From positions 47,250 through 111,249 of the forward strand of contig JAZDDX010000029.1 in the NCBI GenBank assembly GCA_043809315.1: a DNA stretch of 64,000 nt, read 5' to 3'. Below, piece by piece: positions 1-9,484 of this stretch (position 1 is the stretch's first letter; every line of letters begins with the position of its first letter). A model generated the notes under the pieces. That model did not search any database. It was not told where the DNA came from and saw only the letters and a list, made by a program, of their open reading frames with translations. The translations under genes and the position numbers were made by a program. Source of the stretch: Pseudomonadota bacterium. Its GTDB lineage: Bacteria > Bdellovibrionota_G > JALEGL01 > DATDPG01.

Positions 1-55
1 TCTCCTGGCCCAACAGCTGTTTCGTCTGAGTTCCCTCGCGGCCGCAACCGCGGCA

Positions 56-1258
56 TTGGTCTTTCTTCTGCACCCTCTTCAAACCACGAACCTTGCCATC
101 GCCTGGAAGCAGAGCGATCTTTGGGTTTCGCTCCTTTCCCTTTCCTCTCTTCTCCTTTGGAACCACAAGAAGGGAATCGTCCCCGCTCTCTTTCTCTTCC
201 TTCTCGCTCTCGGATTCAAAGAAACAGCGCTGATGATGCCGTTCCTCTGGCTCGCCACCGAACCGTTGCGGGGCCCGGAGGGAAGAAGCAGTAGAATCAC
301 CGCGGGCGTCGCGGGCGCCGTGACTGGCACAATCTTCTTTCTGTTTCTCCCTGCGCTCGTGCGCCCCTCTTCCACCCCGGGCAGTTTCCCGGGAAGCGGC
401 TGGAGCTACTTCCTCACGCAGCTCGGAGTCTATCCGTACTACCTGAGAGATCTCCTGTGGCCGCCGAATCTTACGATCGACCGGACGATTCCGCTGGCTT
501 CGTCCCTTTCGGTTTCGCTCTTCCTATCCCTCGCGATCGTATCGAGCCTCTTGGCCGGCCTGATTGCGGGGACTGTCCGGAAGAATGCCGCCGCGATCTC
601 GATCCTTCTGGCAGCCATCTGCTTCCTTCCCTCTTCGTCCCTCCACCCGCTCTCGCTTCTCTACGACGAGACGCGCCTCTACCTGGCTCTCGGCTTTCTT
701 TCGATCGGACTCGTGAAACTCATCCTCTCCGTTTTGCCGGACGAGAGGATCCGGCCGGTCCTTAGAGTTTCTCTCTCGGCGAGCCTGGCGCTTCTTCTTC
801 TCGTTTCCGGCCGACTCGGAACTTTCCGCTGGCGGTCGGAGGAGGCGCTTTGGGCCTCCGCCCTCGCCGTCGATCCAACATCGCTCCGGGCGCATTACCA
901 GCTCGGGTACCTCGCCCAAAAAGCCCGCGCTCTGGATGACGCCGAACGGGAATTCCGGAACGCCCTTGACCTCAACCCTAAGTTCCCGAACGCGCGTCTT
1001 CATTTGGGGATCGTTCTGGGGCAGAAGGGGGATCTCGACGGAGCCGCCCGGGAGTTCCGGCAACTCCTCTCGGCCGAGCCGTATTGGGCGTCCCAAGCCC
1101 ACTTTTACCTGGGGTTGAATGCGGTCTATCGGCGCGATTTCGCCCAAGCGAAAGAGGAGTTCGCGACGGTCCGGAATTTCTCTCCCGGATCGGTGGAGGC
1201 CGAGCGGGGAGAGGCGATCTTGAACCGGACACGGGCGTACGCTACTCTCCGCAAATGA
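56..1258 (+). CDS. Multi-pass membrane protein with C-terminal TPR repeats (TMTC/GT-C-like); probably 5'-truncated by the window edge
   Basis: Hydrophobic helices, LHPLQT and KETA motifs, C-terminal TPR-like repeats (AHYQLG, ARLHLG, AHFYLG). Confidence 0.75.
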   Translation: MVFLLHPLQTTNLAIAWKQSDLWVSLLSLSSLLLWNHKKGIVPALFLFLLALGFKETALMMPFLWLATEPLRGPEGRSSRITAGVAGAVTGTIFFLFLPALVRPSSTPGSFPGSGWSYFLTQLGVYPYYLRDLLWPPNLTIDRTIPLASSLSVSLFLSLAIVSSLLAGLIAGTVRKNAAAISILLAAICFLPSSSLHPLSLLYDETRLYLALGFLSIGLVKLILSVLPDERIRPVLRVSLSASLALLLLVSGRLGTFRWRSEEALWASALAVDPTSLRAHYQLGYLAQKARALDDAEREFRNALDLNPKFPNARLHLGIVLGQKGDLDGAAREFRQLLSAEPYWASQAHFYLGLNAVYRRDFAQAKEEFATVRNFSPGSVEAERGEAILNRTRAYATLRK

Positions 1259-1623
1259 CCGAACCCAGCCCCCCGCACCCGACCCGCGCGCGCCGGATTC
1301 CGGTCCGGATCCCGATCGAGCGCTCGACGCTCCCGGTCTTTCTCGACAGCGAGATCATGAACCTCTCGAAAGGAGGGGTCTTCGTCCGGACCGACCTCCC
1401 TCTCCCCCCCGGCAGCTCGATCGATTTCGAGTTCACGATCCCCGGTTCCGAACGGGTGATCCGAGCGGAAGGGATCGTCGTCTGGGTCCGGAAACGGGAC
1501 TCGAAGGACCGGGTCTTTCTCCCGGAACACCCCCCAGGAATGGGGGTTCAGTTTTCCAAACTGGCATCGGGGGATGTCGAGGCGATCCTCGATGAGATCG
1601 AATCGCTGATCGAGATTTCCTAA
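1255..1623 (+). CDS. PilZ-domain protein (myxobacterial TIGR02266-like)
   Basis: ATGA overlap with upstream stop; NLSKGGVFV, VVWVR, PGMGVQF motifs. Confidence 0.85.
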   Translation: MTEPSPPHPTRARRIPVRIPIERSTLPVFLDSEIMNLSKGGVFVRTDLPLPPGSSIDFEFTIPGSERVIRAEGIVVWVRKRDSKDRVFLPEHPPGMGVQFSKLASGDVEAILDEIESLIEIS

Positions 1624-1678
1624 AAAATTCAAGCGGTTGATTGTTTGCGGCTGATCTGATAAAAAAGCGGGTCAATTT

Positions 1679-2188
1679 ATGGCGCCCCTCCCGGCCAATT
1701 TACATAAGTTCAAAATCGGAGAAAAGGCCGTCTATCCGGCTCACGGCGTCGGCGTCATCGAACGGATCGAGAATAAGGAGATCGCCGGGGCGATCCTGTC
1801 GTTCTACGTGATCCGGATTCTCGACAGCGACGTGACGGTCATGATCCCCACGAACAACATCCAGACCGCCGGTCTCCGGGAGATCATCCAGCCCGAGAAG
1901 GTGAACCAGGTCTATAAGATCTTCCAGAAGAGGGACGTCGTGATCGACACGACCACTTGGAACCGCCAGTACCGGGAGTACATGGAGAAGATCAAAACCG
2001 GGTCGGTCTTCGAGATTGCGGAAGTCATGCGGGACCTCTACGTCCTCAAGAGGACGAAGACCCTCTCCTTCGGGGAACGGAAAATGCTCGACACCGCCCG
2101 GAACCTCCTGATCAAGGAACTGGCCCTCGCCAAATCGGTGAGCGAGGACGAGATCGAACTGAACATCAAAAAGATCTTCGAAGTGTGA
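1679..2188 (+). CDS. carD: CarD/CdnL family RNA polymerase-binding regulator
   Basis: FKIGEKAVYPAHGVG, TWNRQYREYMEKIKTG, LSFGERKMLD; usual position upstream of ispD-ispF. Confidence 0.95.
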   Translation: MAPLPANLHKFKIGEKAVYPAHGVGVIERIENKEIAGAILSFYVIRILDSDVTVMIPTNNIQTAGLREIIQPEKVNQVYKIFQKRDVVIDTTTWNRQYREYMEKIKTGSVFEIAEVMRDLYVLKRTKTLSFGERKMLDTARNLLIKELALAKSVSEDEIELNIKKIFEV

Positions 2189-2874
2189 AGGCGACGGCGA
2201 TCATCACGGCGGGAGGGATCGGAACACGGATCCTGTCCCCCGTCCCGAAGCAGTTTATTCCGATCGCCGGCCTCCCCCTCATCATCCACACGCTTCGCGC
2301 CTTCGATCAGGCGCAAACGATCGATCACGTGATCGTCGTACTTCCGGAAACCGAAAGCGATCGGCTGAACCAGCACGAGCTCAAACGGTACGAGATCCAG
2401 AAGGTCACCGCGGTCGTCTTCGGAGGGGAGACCCGGCAGGTCTCGGTCGGGAACGGCCTCGAGGCGATCCGCTGGGGTGCGAAATATGTCGCGATCCACG
2501 ACGCCGCCCGTTGCCTCGTCACGCCGGAATTGGTCGACCGAACCGTCGCCGCCTGCAATGGATGGGACGGAGCGATCGCCGCCCTTCCCGTCCGCGATAC
2601 GATCAAGCTCGTCGAGGGGGAAACGATCCTCAAGACCGAGCCGCGCGAAAAACTTTGGGCCATGCAGACGCCGCAGGTGTTCCGCTTCCCCTTCATCCTC
2701 GACGCCTACCGGAACGCAAAGGCGACCGGTTTGGTGGCGACCGACGACGCCGCCGTGGCCGAGAAGGCTGGGGGGAAGATCCGGGTCATCGAGGGGAGCA
2801 GCCGGAACCTGAAGATCACGTTCGAGGAGGATCTCCGCCTCGCGGAGACGATCCTTAAAGCGGGGGGAAAATGA
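2185..2874 (+). CDS. ispD: 2-C-methyl-D-erythritol 4-phosphate cytidylyltransferase
   Basis: GTG start overlapping the carD stop; AGGIGTR, PKQF, IHDAAR, QTPQVF, NLKIT. Confidence 0.95.
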   Translation: MKATAIITAGGIGTRILSPVPKQFIPIAGLPLIIHTLRAFDQAQTIDHVIVVLPETESDRLNQHELKRYEIQKVTAVVFGGETRQVSVGNGLEAIRWGAKYVAIHDAARCLVTPELVDRTVAACNGWDGAIAALPVRDTIKLVEGETILKTEPREKLWAMQTPQVFRFPFILDAYRNAKATGLVATDDAAVAEKAGGKIRVIEGSSRNLKITFEEDLRLAETILKAGGK

Positions 2875-3353
2875 AGGGAGAGATTCGAATCGGGCAGGGG
2901 ATCGACTTTCACCCGTTCGCCGAGGGGCGGAAGCTCGTTCTCGGTGGAGTTGAGATCCCGGGGGCGAAGGGGCTTGCGGGCCACTCCGACGCCGATGCCC
3001 TCTCGCATGCGATTGTGGATGCTCTCTTGGGAGCGCTGGCGCTCGGTGACATCGGCATGCACTTCCTCGACACCGATCCGAGGTGGAAGGGGAAGTCGAG
3101 CCTCCACTTCGTCGAGTTCGCCACGATCCTCGTCGCCGAAAAGGGGTGGACCATCGGGAACGTCGATTCGACGATCGTGACGGAAGAGCCGATCTTGAGG
3201 CCTCACGTCGAACCGATGCGGAAAAAACTGGCCGGAGCGCTCGCCCTCGAACTCGATCAGGTCAGCGTCAAGGCGACCCGACCGGAGAAACTCGGAGCCC
3301 TCGGTCGAAAAGAAGGGCTCGTTGCCCTCGCGACGGCGATCCTACATCGATAA
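2871..3353 (+). CDS. ispF: 2-C-methyl-D-erythritol 2,4-cyclodiphosphate synthase
   Basis: RIGQGIDFH, GHSDAD, GDIG, SVKAT. Confidence 0.97.
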   Translation: MKGEIRIGQGIDFHPFAEGRKLVLGGVEIPGAKGLAGHSDADALSHAIVDALLGALALGDIGMHFLDTDPRWKGKSSLHFVEFATILVAEKGWTIGNVDSTIVTEEPILRPHVEPMRKKLAGALALELDQVSVKATRPEKLGALGRKEGLVALATAILHR

Positions 3354-3445
3354 GAATGTCAGCTTGAGCCCGACCTGACACGATCCTCGTCCCCCCTGAC
3401 AGCACCAGCTCACATCATTCCGGACAGTTAGCTTCTTCTCCTGCT

Positions 3446-3460
3446 TGGTACGGAGATTGC
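3446..3460 (+). promoter_or_regulatory. Putative sigma54 (-24/-12) promoter
   Basis: TGGTAC-ggaga-TTGC, 25 bp upstream of the lipoprotein ATG. Confidence 0.6.
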
Positions 3461-3484
3461 TCATCCGGAAGGCAGGAGAAAGAA

Positions 3485-4324
3485 ATGTCGATTCGAAAAA
3501 CGTCCGTCGTCTGCTCGATCTTGATCCTCTCTCTTGCCGGCTGCTATTTGCCGGAGGACGATGAACACGGAGCCTGGGGAGAAACTTCGGGCGGATACGG
3601 AGGGGGGGTCTGCGGTAGCTCGTACTCGGGTCGGTCACTCACCACGGCCCCGGACGCCGGCTCGGTGACCTATAACCAGATCTTTTCGGCGGTCGATAAC
3701 GCCACAATCGAAGGGGAAGGGTTTTTCGTCGATTTCGGAAACGGGACCGAGATTTTCGTCTCGAGCCACTTCACCGACAATCCGCACGACATCTCGAACG
3801 TCCAGAGGAAGTTCCAGGCGATTCTGAAAGGGGTCAACAAAGTGACTTACCCCACCCCGCAGTCACTAGAGGTCTTCGTCGAGAGCAAAGCGGTCCTTGG
3901 ATCGGAAAACCGAGTTTTGACCGTCGACGAATACGAGGCGCTGGCCCGACAGGTTCGAGAACTCGGCCATAAGAAGACGATCCAACTCGTCTACTACAAG
4001 GATCTGACGTTCGAGTTCGACACGGTTCGTTTCTCCTGCGCGAAAATCACGGAAATCGCCTCGACCACGGAGACGACCGGCGGAAGCGTCTATCTCTTCA
4101 CCGTTTCTTTTTCGGACGGAACCGATCCCTTAAGCGTCGTCGCCGGCACGTCGGAGTCCAACTCGCTCGGCCTCCTGGCTGGGATTCAGTCTCAGATCGA
4201 AGGGTGCAAAGGGAGTAACCGATCGATCGTAGCGACTGGACTTCAATTCCAGGAGCAGATTTACACCTGTGACGGAACCCGCTCCGGCTGGACGACGTTC
4301 CACACGGAAGTCCGGGTGGAGTAG
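3485..4324 (+). CDS. Hypothetical lipoprotein
   Basis: Signal peptide with lipobox LAGC; RBS aggag. Confidence 0.7.
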   Translation: MSIRKTSVVCSILILSLAGCYLPEDDEHGAWGETSGGYGGGVCGSSYSGRSLTTAPDAGSVTYNQIFSAVDNATIEGEGFFVDFGNGTEIFVSSHFTDNPHDISNVQRKFQAILKGVNKVTYPTPQSLEVFVESKAVLGSENRVLTVDEYEALARQVRELGHKKTIQLVYYKDLTFEFDTVRFSCAKITEIASTTETTGGSVYLFTVSFSDGTDPLSVVAGTSESNSLGLLAGIQSQIEGCKGSNRSIVATGLQFQEQIYTCDGTRSGWTTFHTEVRVE

Positions 4325-4326
4325 GA

Positions 4327-4683
4327 TCATTTTTTTTGATTAAAAACGGTCTTCAGCACCTTTGCGAGCGCCGGCAGATCGCTCCGAACGGTCTCCCAAA
4401 CAATGTCGATATCCACGTCGAAGTATCCGTGGATGAGTCGGTTCCTGGCCCCCACCATGTTGGCCCATGGGATCTCTTTGTGTGCGACCTGAAAGCGCTT
4501 CGAAACTCTCCCTGCCGCTTCCCCGATGATTTCCAGGTCTTTGATCAGCGCCAGGGTCAGCATCCGATCGTCGCGGAGATCCTTCCTCGACTTCCCCCTC
4601 GCGAATCGAAGCGCCTCCGTGACCGCATCCAACATATGCCGAAGCCGGATCCGATCGGCGCCCCTCTTCGACTCAGGCGGCAT
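4327..4683 (-). CDS. HepT/DUF86 HEPN RNase toxin
   Basis: EIIGEAA, IPW, RNRLIHGY (RX4HXY). Confidence 0.93.
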   Translation of the reverse strand: MPPESKRGADRIRLRHMLDAVTEALRFARGKSRKDLRDDRMLTLALIKDLEIIGEAAGRVSKRFQVAHKEIPWANMVGARNRLIHGYFDVDIDIVWETVRSDLPALAKVLKTVFNQKK

Positions 4684-5176
4684 AGAGCTCGAAAGCCTCT
4701 CGCGCTACCTCGTTCCGAAAATATCGGCTCAATTCCGACGGCGTCTTGAGATCGACTTTCCGGCCTCCCAAGAGGCCCGATAGCTCGGTGGCCATCCCGG
4801 ACATGGCAAAAATGCCGGGTTCCTCCCCCTTTCGGAATGCCACCAGAACATCGACATCGCTGTCCGGACGAAAATCCGATCGTAAGACCGACCCGAAAAG
4901 CGCCAGTTTCCGGATGGCATGTCTCCGACAGAATTCCGCCAACGCGCTCCGCGACAGAACCAGGTTCTTCCGGACGGCCTCCGGGCCGAAACCGGCATGA
5001 TCGATCTCACTCAACCCCAAGATCGTCGACAGCAGGTCACTCCGGCTTACGCCCCGCCGTTGACTCTCTTTCCCAAGCCACCTCGCCTGCAAGGGGGGAA
5101 GGGTGAACGAAACGCGCACGCGCCGCTCCTCCCCTTTCAATGGCCGTCCCACCCGGGCTCGCGCTTCCGATGGCAT
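4673..5176 (-). CDS. MNT (minimal nucleotidyltransferase) antitoxin with N-terminal RHH/CopG-like domain
   Basis: LFGSVLRSDFRPDSDVDVLV, GRKVDL; N-terminal RVRVSFTLP...GVSRSDLL. Confidence 0.88.
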   Translation of the reverse strand: MPSEARARVGRPLKGEERRVRVSFTLPPLQARWLGKESQRRGVSRSDLLSTILGLSEIDHAGFGPEAVRKNLVLSRSALAEFCRRHAIRKLALFGSVLRSDFRPDSDVDVLVAFRKGEEPGIFAMSGMATELSGLLGGRKVDLKTPSELSRYFRNEVAREAFELYAA

Positions 5177-5202
5177 GCCTATTATGTATTACATAATTGG
5201 CA
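5176..5202. promoter_or_regulatory. Palindromic operator overlapping the TA promoter
   Basis: tgcctATTATGTA-t-TACATAATtggca; TTGACA on the minus strand just upstream. Confidence 0.65.
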
Positions 5203-5217
5203 ATTTGTCAATATCTA

Positions 5218-5823
5218 TTAGATCCGCTTTAATTCCTGCTCGAGAATCCGCTGACCACCGCTCGGGTAGGTATAATAGACCCCCAGCCGCATCTTTCCGC
5301 TCTCGAGTTTAAAAACCCACACCCCCGAACGATCGAATCCGGCCGGGATATCCTTCCCCGGAAGGCACGGCCCACCGGTCTTTTTCACGGTCCCCTTCAG
5401 ATACCGGTAGGCGAGAAACAGATCGGACGGTTTCAGGTTGAGCCGCGTCGCCACCCAGGGGGGGATCTCTTTGAACGAAGCCCGCTCCCCGGTCCAGGTG
5501 ATCGTACCGTCGTCGAACGTCCAGGCCTGATCGTCCGCTAGGACGGTTTCTTTCTGCGATTCCCCGGTCTCGACCGTTCCGATCAGCCGTCCCTTCGTTT
5601 CCCGAAGTTCCATCGCGATCCTTGTCCCGGCGCCGTCCCCCTGCGGGTTTCCCCCCGCGGTCGTTTCCCTCAGATTGACCGTGATCGCCCCTCTCCAGCG
5701 CCCTTCTAGTGATCCGAGTTTCATGGTTCCCCCCTCTTTATCAACCTTGTTGAGACGTCCATCGGACGTTTGGGCCAAAATCATGACCAAAAAAACTACC
5801 ATCATCGTGATCATTCTCTTCAT
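5218..5823 (-). CDS. Hypothetical secreted protein
   Basis: ATG overlaps the rarA stop; N-terminal signal peptide. Confidence 0.6.
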   Translation of the reverse strand: MKRMITMMVVFLVMILAQTSDGRLNKVDKEGGTMKLGSLEGRWRGAITVNLRETTAGGNPQGDGAGTRIAMELRETKGRLIGTVETGESQKETVLADDQAWTFDDGTITWTGERASFKEIPPWVATRLNLKPSDLFLAYRYLKGTVKKTGGPCLPGKDIPAGFDRSGVWVFKLESGKMRLGVYYTYPSGGQRILEQELKRI

Positions 5824-7166
5824 GACTTCTTCTCCGATTGCCCGCGCTGGCGCCGCCGGATTTCTTCCCAATACTGTTTCCGCTCGCCGAGTTCCTTCTC
5901 TTTCCCCTGATCGGTCGGCTCATAGTAGCGACGGTTCCGCAGTTTCTCCGGCATGCACTCGAGCGCGGTTGTCTTTTCCTCGGTCTTGTGCGCGTACTCG
6001 TACCCCTTGCCGTAGTCGAGTTCCTTCATCAGCTTCGTCGACGCGTTCCGGATCGCGAGCGGCACCGGATAGACGTGCCCATCGCGAAGATCTTTCTCAA
6101 CCCGGCCGTACCCGACGTAAAGTGCGTTCGATTTCGGCGCCAGCGCCAGATAGCTGGTGGCCTGCGCCAATGCCAACTTCCCCTCCGGCACGCCAAGAAA
6201 ATGGATCGCGTCGCGCGCCGCGACTGCCACGACCAGCGCCTGCGGATCGGCGTTCCCGACATCCTCGCTCGCGAACCGGATCAACCTCCGCGCGACGTAG
6301 AGTGGGTCTTCGCCGGCCTCGAGCATTCTTCCCAGCCAGTACATTGCCGCATCCGGATCGCCGTTCCGCATACTCTTGTGAAGTGCCGAGATGACGTTGT
6401 AATGCTCCTCCCCCGTCTTGTCGTAGAGAAGCGCCGCTCTCTGATTCGCCCGATCCACCACCGACCGGTCGACCGTCTTCCCCGGCTCGACCAATTCCGA
6501 GGCGGTCTCCAATAAATTGAGAGACAGTCGTGCGTCCCCCGGCGCCATCATCGCCAGATATTCGAAAGCGTCGTCGGAGACGGCGAGATTCTTCCCCTTG
6601 AGCTTTGGGTCCTGGGCGAGCGCGCGCTTGAGCAGCGAAACCAGATCGGGAAGCGAGAGAGGATCGAGCGTGTAGATCCGCATCCGGGAGAGAAGCGCGC
6701 TGATTATTTCGAATGAAGGGTTCTCCGTCGTCGCCCCCATCAGAATCACGTCGCCCCGCTCGACGAACGGAAGGAATGCGTCCTGTTGCGCCTTGTTGAA
6801 CCGGTGGATCTCGTCGACGAAGATGACCGTCTGTCGCTTCCCCATGCGACGGCTCTGCTCCGCCTGGAGCATCACCTCGCGAACTTCCTTGATCCCCGAA
6901 AGAACCGCCGAGAACGGCACGAACCGGTACCCGCTCTGTTCCGCGAGGATTTGGGCGATCGTCGTTTTGCCCGACCCCGGGGGACCCCAAAGGATGAAGG
7001 AGTGGAGGGTTCCGGTCTTGAGGGCGCTCGTCAAAAGCCCGGTCGGGCCGACCAGGTGCTGTTGCCCGACCACCTCCTCCAGCTTTTTTGGGCGCATCCT
7101 TGCGGCGAGCGGGGTGTCGCCGGACCGTTCCAGCGGCTTCTCCGTCGTTGTGGAAAAGAGATCCAT
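5820..7166 (-). CDS. rarA: Replication-associated recombination protein A (MgsA AAA+ ATPase)
   Basis: PLAARMRP, WGPPGSGKTT, DEIHRFNKAQQD, SALHKSMRNGD, ASEDVG. Confidence 0.97.
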   Translation of the reverse strand: MDLFSTTTEKPLERSGDTPLAARMRPKKLEEVVGQQHLVGPTGLLTSALKTGTLHSFILWGPPGSGKTTIAQILAEQSGYRFVPFSAVLSGIKEVREVMLQAEQSRRMGKRQTVIFVDEIHRFNKAQQDAFLPFVERGDVILMGATTENPSFEIISALLSRMRIYTLDPLSLPDLVSLLKRALAQDPKLKGKNLAVSDDAFEYLAMMAPGDARLSLNLLETASELVEPGKTVDRSVVDRANQRAALLYDKTGEEHYNVISALHKSMRNGDPDAAMYWLGRMLEAGEDPLYVARRLIRFASEDVGNADPQALVVAVAARDAIHFLGVPEGKLALAQATSYLALAPKSNALYVGYGRVEKDLRDGHVYPVPLAIRNASTKLMKELDYGKGYEYAHKTEEKTTALECMPEKLRNRRYYEPTDQGKEKELGERKQYWEEIRRRQRGQSEKKS

Positions 7167-7219
7167 CGGCTACGGTGCCGTTCTAGCCCCGCCCCGGCGC
7201 GGAAGCAAGGAGCCAGACG

Positions 7220-7672
7220 ATGAAAGGAAAACCCCCCCGACTCTCCCACGTGGAGATGATCCAGCAGGTCCTCCCGGGCGACACCAACCCGCACGGCACC
7301 GTCTTCGGCGGAAAGGTGATGCAGTGGATCGACATCGCCGGAGCGGTCTCGGCAATGCGGCACGTGAAGGGGCCGGTCGTGACCGCCTCGTTCGACCGGG
7401 TCGATTTCCTCGCTCCGGGAAAATTAGGGCACATCATGGTTCTCAAGGGGCAGGTGAACTATTCGGGAAGAACCTCCCTCGAGGTCGGAGTGGAGGTGCA
7501 TGCGGAGGACCCGATGACCGGCGAGCGTGTGATGACGACGAAAGCGGTGATCACATACGTGGCGATCGACGCCAAGGGACGTCCGGTCCCGGTTCCGCGG
7601 GTTCTGCCGGAGACGGCCGAGGAAAAGCGAAGGTTTCATGATGGCGAGGTGCGCCGGAAAGCACGGAAATGA
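7220..7672 (+). CDS. Acyl-CoA thioesterase (hotdog fold)
   Basis: DTNPHGTVFGG, VVTAS, GRTSLEVGV. Confidence 0.92.
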   Translation: MKGKPPRLSHVEMIQQVLPGDTNPHGTVFGGKVMQWIDIAGAVSAMRHVKGPVVTASFDRVDFLAPGKLGHIMVLKGQVNYSGRTSLEVGVEVHAEDPMTGERVMTTKAVITYVAIDAKGRPVPVPRVLPETAEEKRRFHDGEVRRKARK

Positions 7673-8544
7673 AGCGGCACGCAGCGCTGATTCTGGCGTT
7701 GTTCGTTTCGGTACCCGGCTTTGCCCAGACACCGACCCCGACCCCGGGTCCGGAGCACCCTGATTTCGAAGCCTGTTTCCGGAAATGTACCGAAACTCGT
7801 TGTCCAAGGTTATCAGCCAGCCAGAGCTGCGAAGCTGTTTGCTCGTCCAACTGTTCCTTGGGGGGGATTATCCTTGGTCCGCATTCGGACCGACAGTCCT
7901 CTCTCCCCGGAGCCAAGACCGATGCAGGAAGCAGCCGCCCATCGAGCGACGACTCCGACGTAGATCCGCTCGCTTTGGTCGCGGTCGCCGTCCTCATGGT
8001 CACGCCGATGTTCTATTACGCGGTCGATCGTCCCCCCTCGGAGTCCCAAGAGGACGCGTTCGGACGATTCAAGCTATCCATTCAGGGCGGCTTGGGTGCG
8101 GCACTCCCCGGAAACGCGTTGTTCCGGGCCGGGGGAACCGCTCGCTATGCGTTCGGTTGGCTCGGCTTCGACTGGATCGGCACTCGGGGAGGGGATGACC
8201 GCTTCAACCGCGCGAGCTTGATCGCCGGAGTCAGTCTCCCCCCGAAACGGCACATCGAGATGGCGGTGGTCGGCGGCCCGATGTGGGAATGGGGGAGCGG
8301 AAGCCAGAGCCTCGGGGGGTTTTTCGGGCTTCCGTCCCGGTTCCTTTTACCGAGCGATTTTCAGATCCGCATCGACCCGAGGATCGGACGGGTATCGAAC
8401 CGAACGACGGCCGACTTGGGCGGCCATTTCGGAATTCCGCTGGGAAGGCGGACACAAGCGTTGATCGGGGGACAAGTGCTGTTCCGCGGCAAGGACGCGA
8501 GTGGCGGACCCCAGCTTCTGATCGAGACCAATCCCTGGAACTAA
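7669..8544 (+). CDS. Hypothetical exported protein: Cys-rich N-terminus, beta-strand-rich C-terminus
   Basis: Signal peptide, six-Cys segment, hydrophobic helix, ATGA coupling. Confidence 0.55.
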   Translation: MKRHAALILALFVSVPGFAQTPTPTPGPEHPDFEACFRKCTETRCPRLSASQSCEAVCSSNCSLGGIILGPHSDRQSSLPGAKTDAGSSRPSSDDSDVDPLALVAVAVLMVTPMFYYAVDRPPSESQEDAFGRFKLSIQGGLGAALPGNALFRAGGTARYAFGWLGFDWIGTRGGDDRFNRASLIAGVSLPPKRHIEMAVVGGPMWEWGSGSQSLGGFFGLPSRFLLPSDFQIRIDPRIGRVSNRTTADLGGHFGIPLGRRTQALIGGQVLFRGKDASGGPQLLIETNPWN

Positions 8545-9032
8545 TGAAATCTGAGGCTGAAGGCGGTGAGCCAGTCAAGGGTCACCACGGTCCGGGGGGG
8601 ACCGACCGGTGAGATGAACAAGCTCACGCCGGTGTTTAGTTCGTAGCGATCGCCCAAAGGAAGCACGATGCCGCTGCCGAGACGGAGGTCGAGAGCGTTC
8701 TGTTTGTCGTATACCCCGTATCCGGCGCCGAACAGGCCGTAGATCGCGGCGGGACCGAGGTAGACGACGTCGTACCGGAACTGCGGCATCATCTGGAAGC
8801 GGAACTCCTTGCTCGCCCCGAAGAGCGCCATCAGCCCGAACCCCATTCGGTATCCGAGGTCGTAATTGAACTCCCCGCCGACCCGCACTTGGTTGTGCCA
8901 ATTCTTCAGGTTGAACGATGGCCCCCCTTCCACGCCCAAGGAATAGTCCCCCGGGCCCGCCCATGCGGGAGCGGCCCCGACAAAAAGAACGGACAAAACC
9001 AAGGCAAAGACGGTCGTTCTAAGCTTCAACAT
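8541..9032 (-). CDS. Small outer-membrane beta-barrel-like protein
   Basis: Signal peptide APAWA; alternating aromatic/Gly strands; Phe near the C-terminus. Confidence 0.65.
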   Translation of the reverse strand: MLKLRTTVFALVLSVLFVGAAPAWAGPGDYSLGVEGGPSFNLKNWHNQVRVGGEFNYDLGYRMGFGLMALFGASKEFRFQMMPQFRYDVVYLGPAAIYGLFGAGYGVYDKQNALDLRLGSGIVLPLGDRYELNTGVSLFISPVGPPRTVVTLDWLTAFSLRFH

Positions 9033-9140
9033 CGTACGAAAACCATAGCTTAGGCTTCTCTCGTTGGGAAGAAACGGACGCCCCACCGGGGTCTCAATGC
9101 CATTGATCTCTCTTCATTCTTTTGGTAGACGCACTGAATC

Positions 9141-9464
9141 ATGACCAAAACCGCCTTGCTCTGCGCCTTGTACTTGGTTCTTTCCGCCTCCGTCGCCCAA
9201 GGGGCGACCTGCAAGTTCATCTATTGGGGTCCTCTGGCCGGCCAGTCAAATTCCGACGCTCAACCGGTGAGCCTTGATGGAGAAACGAGGACGGTGGTTA
9301 CACAAGAGGATTGTGAAACTCTCGCGCTCAAGGAATTGACCAATTCGTTAAATGAAACGCGCTCTACCGGCAGGATCGTGAACAGTAACCGCCTAGAGAC
9401 CACGACGATCGTCGTGAAAGACCTGGAATATATTTTTGAGGTTCGCGAGCACATCATGAAATAG
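9141..9464 (+). CDS. Small secreted hypothetical protein
   Basis: Signal peptide (SVAQG), Cys pair. Confidence 0.55.
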   Translation: MTKTALLCALYLVLSASVAQGATCKFIYWGPLAGQSNSDAQPVSLDGETRTVVTQEDCETLALKELTNSLNETRSTGRIVNSNRLETTTIVVKDLEYIFEVREHIMK

Positions 9465-9484
9465 ATTTCCCCGGAGGCCCCCCA

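Noticed and set aside
5178-5210. Possible dif/Xer site
   Set aside because: Symmetric palindrome with a 1-bp centre rather than the 11-6-11 XerC/XerD layout; position fits a TA operator
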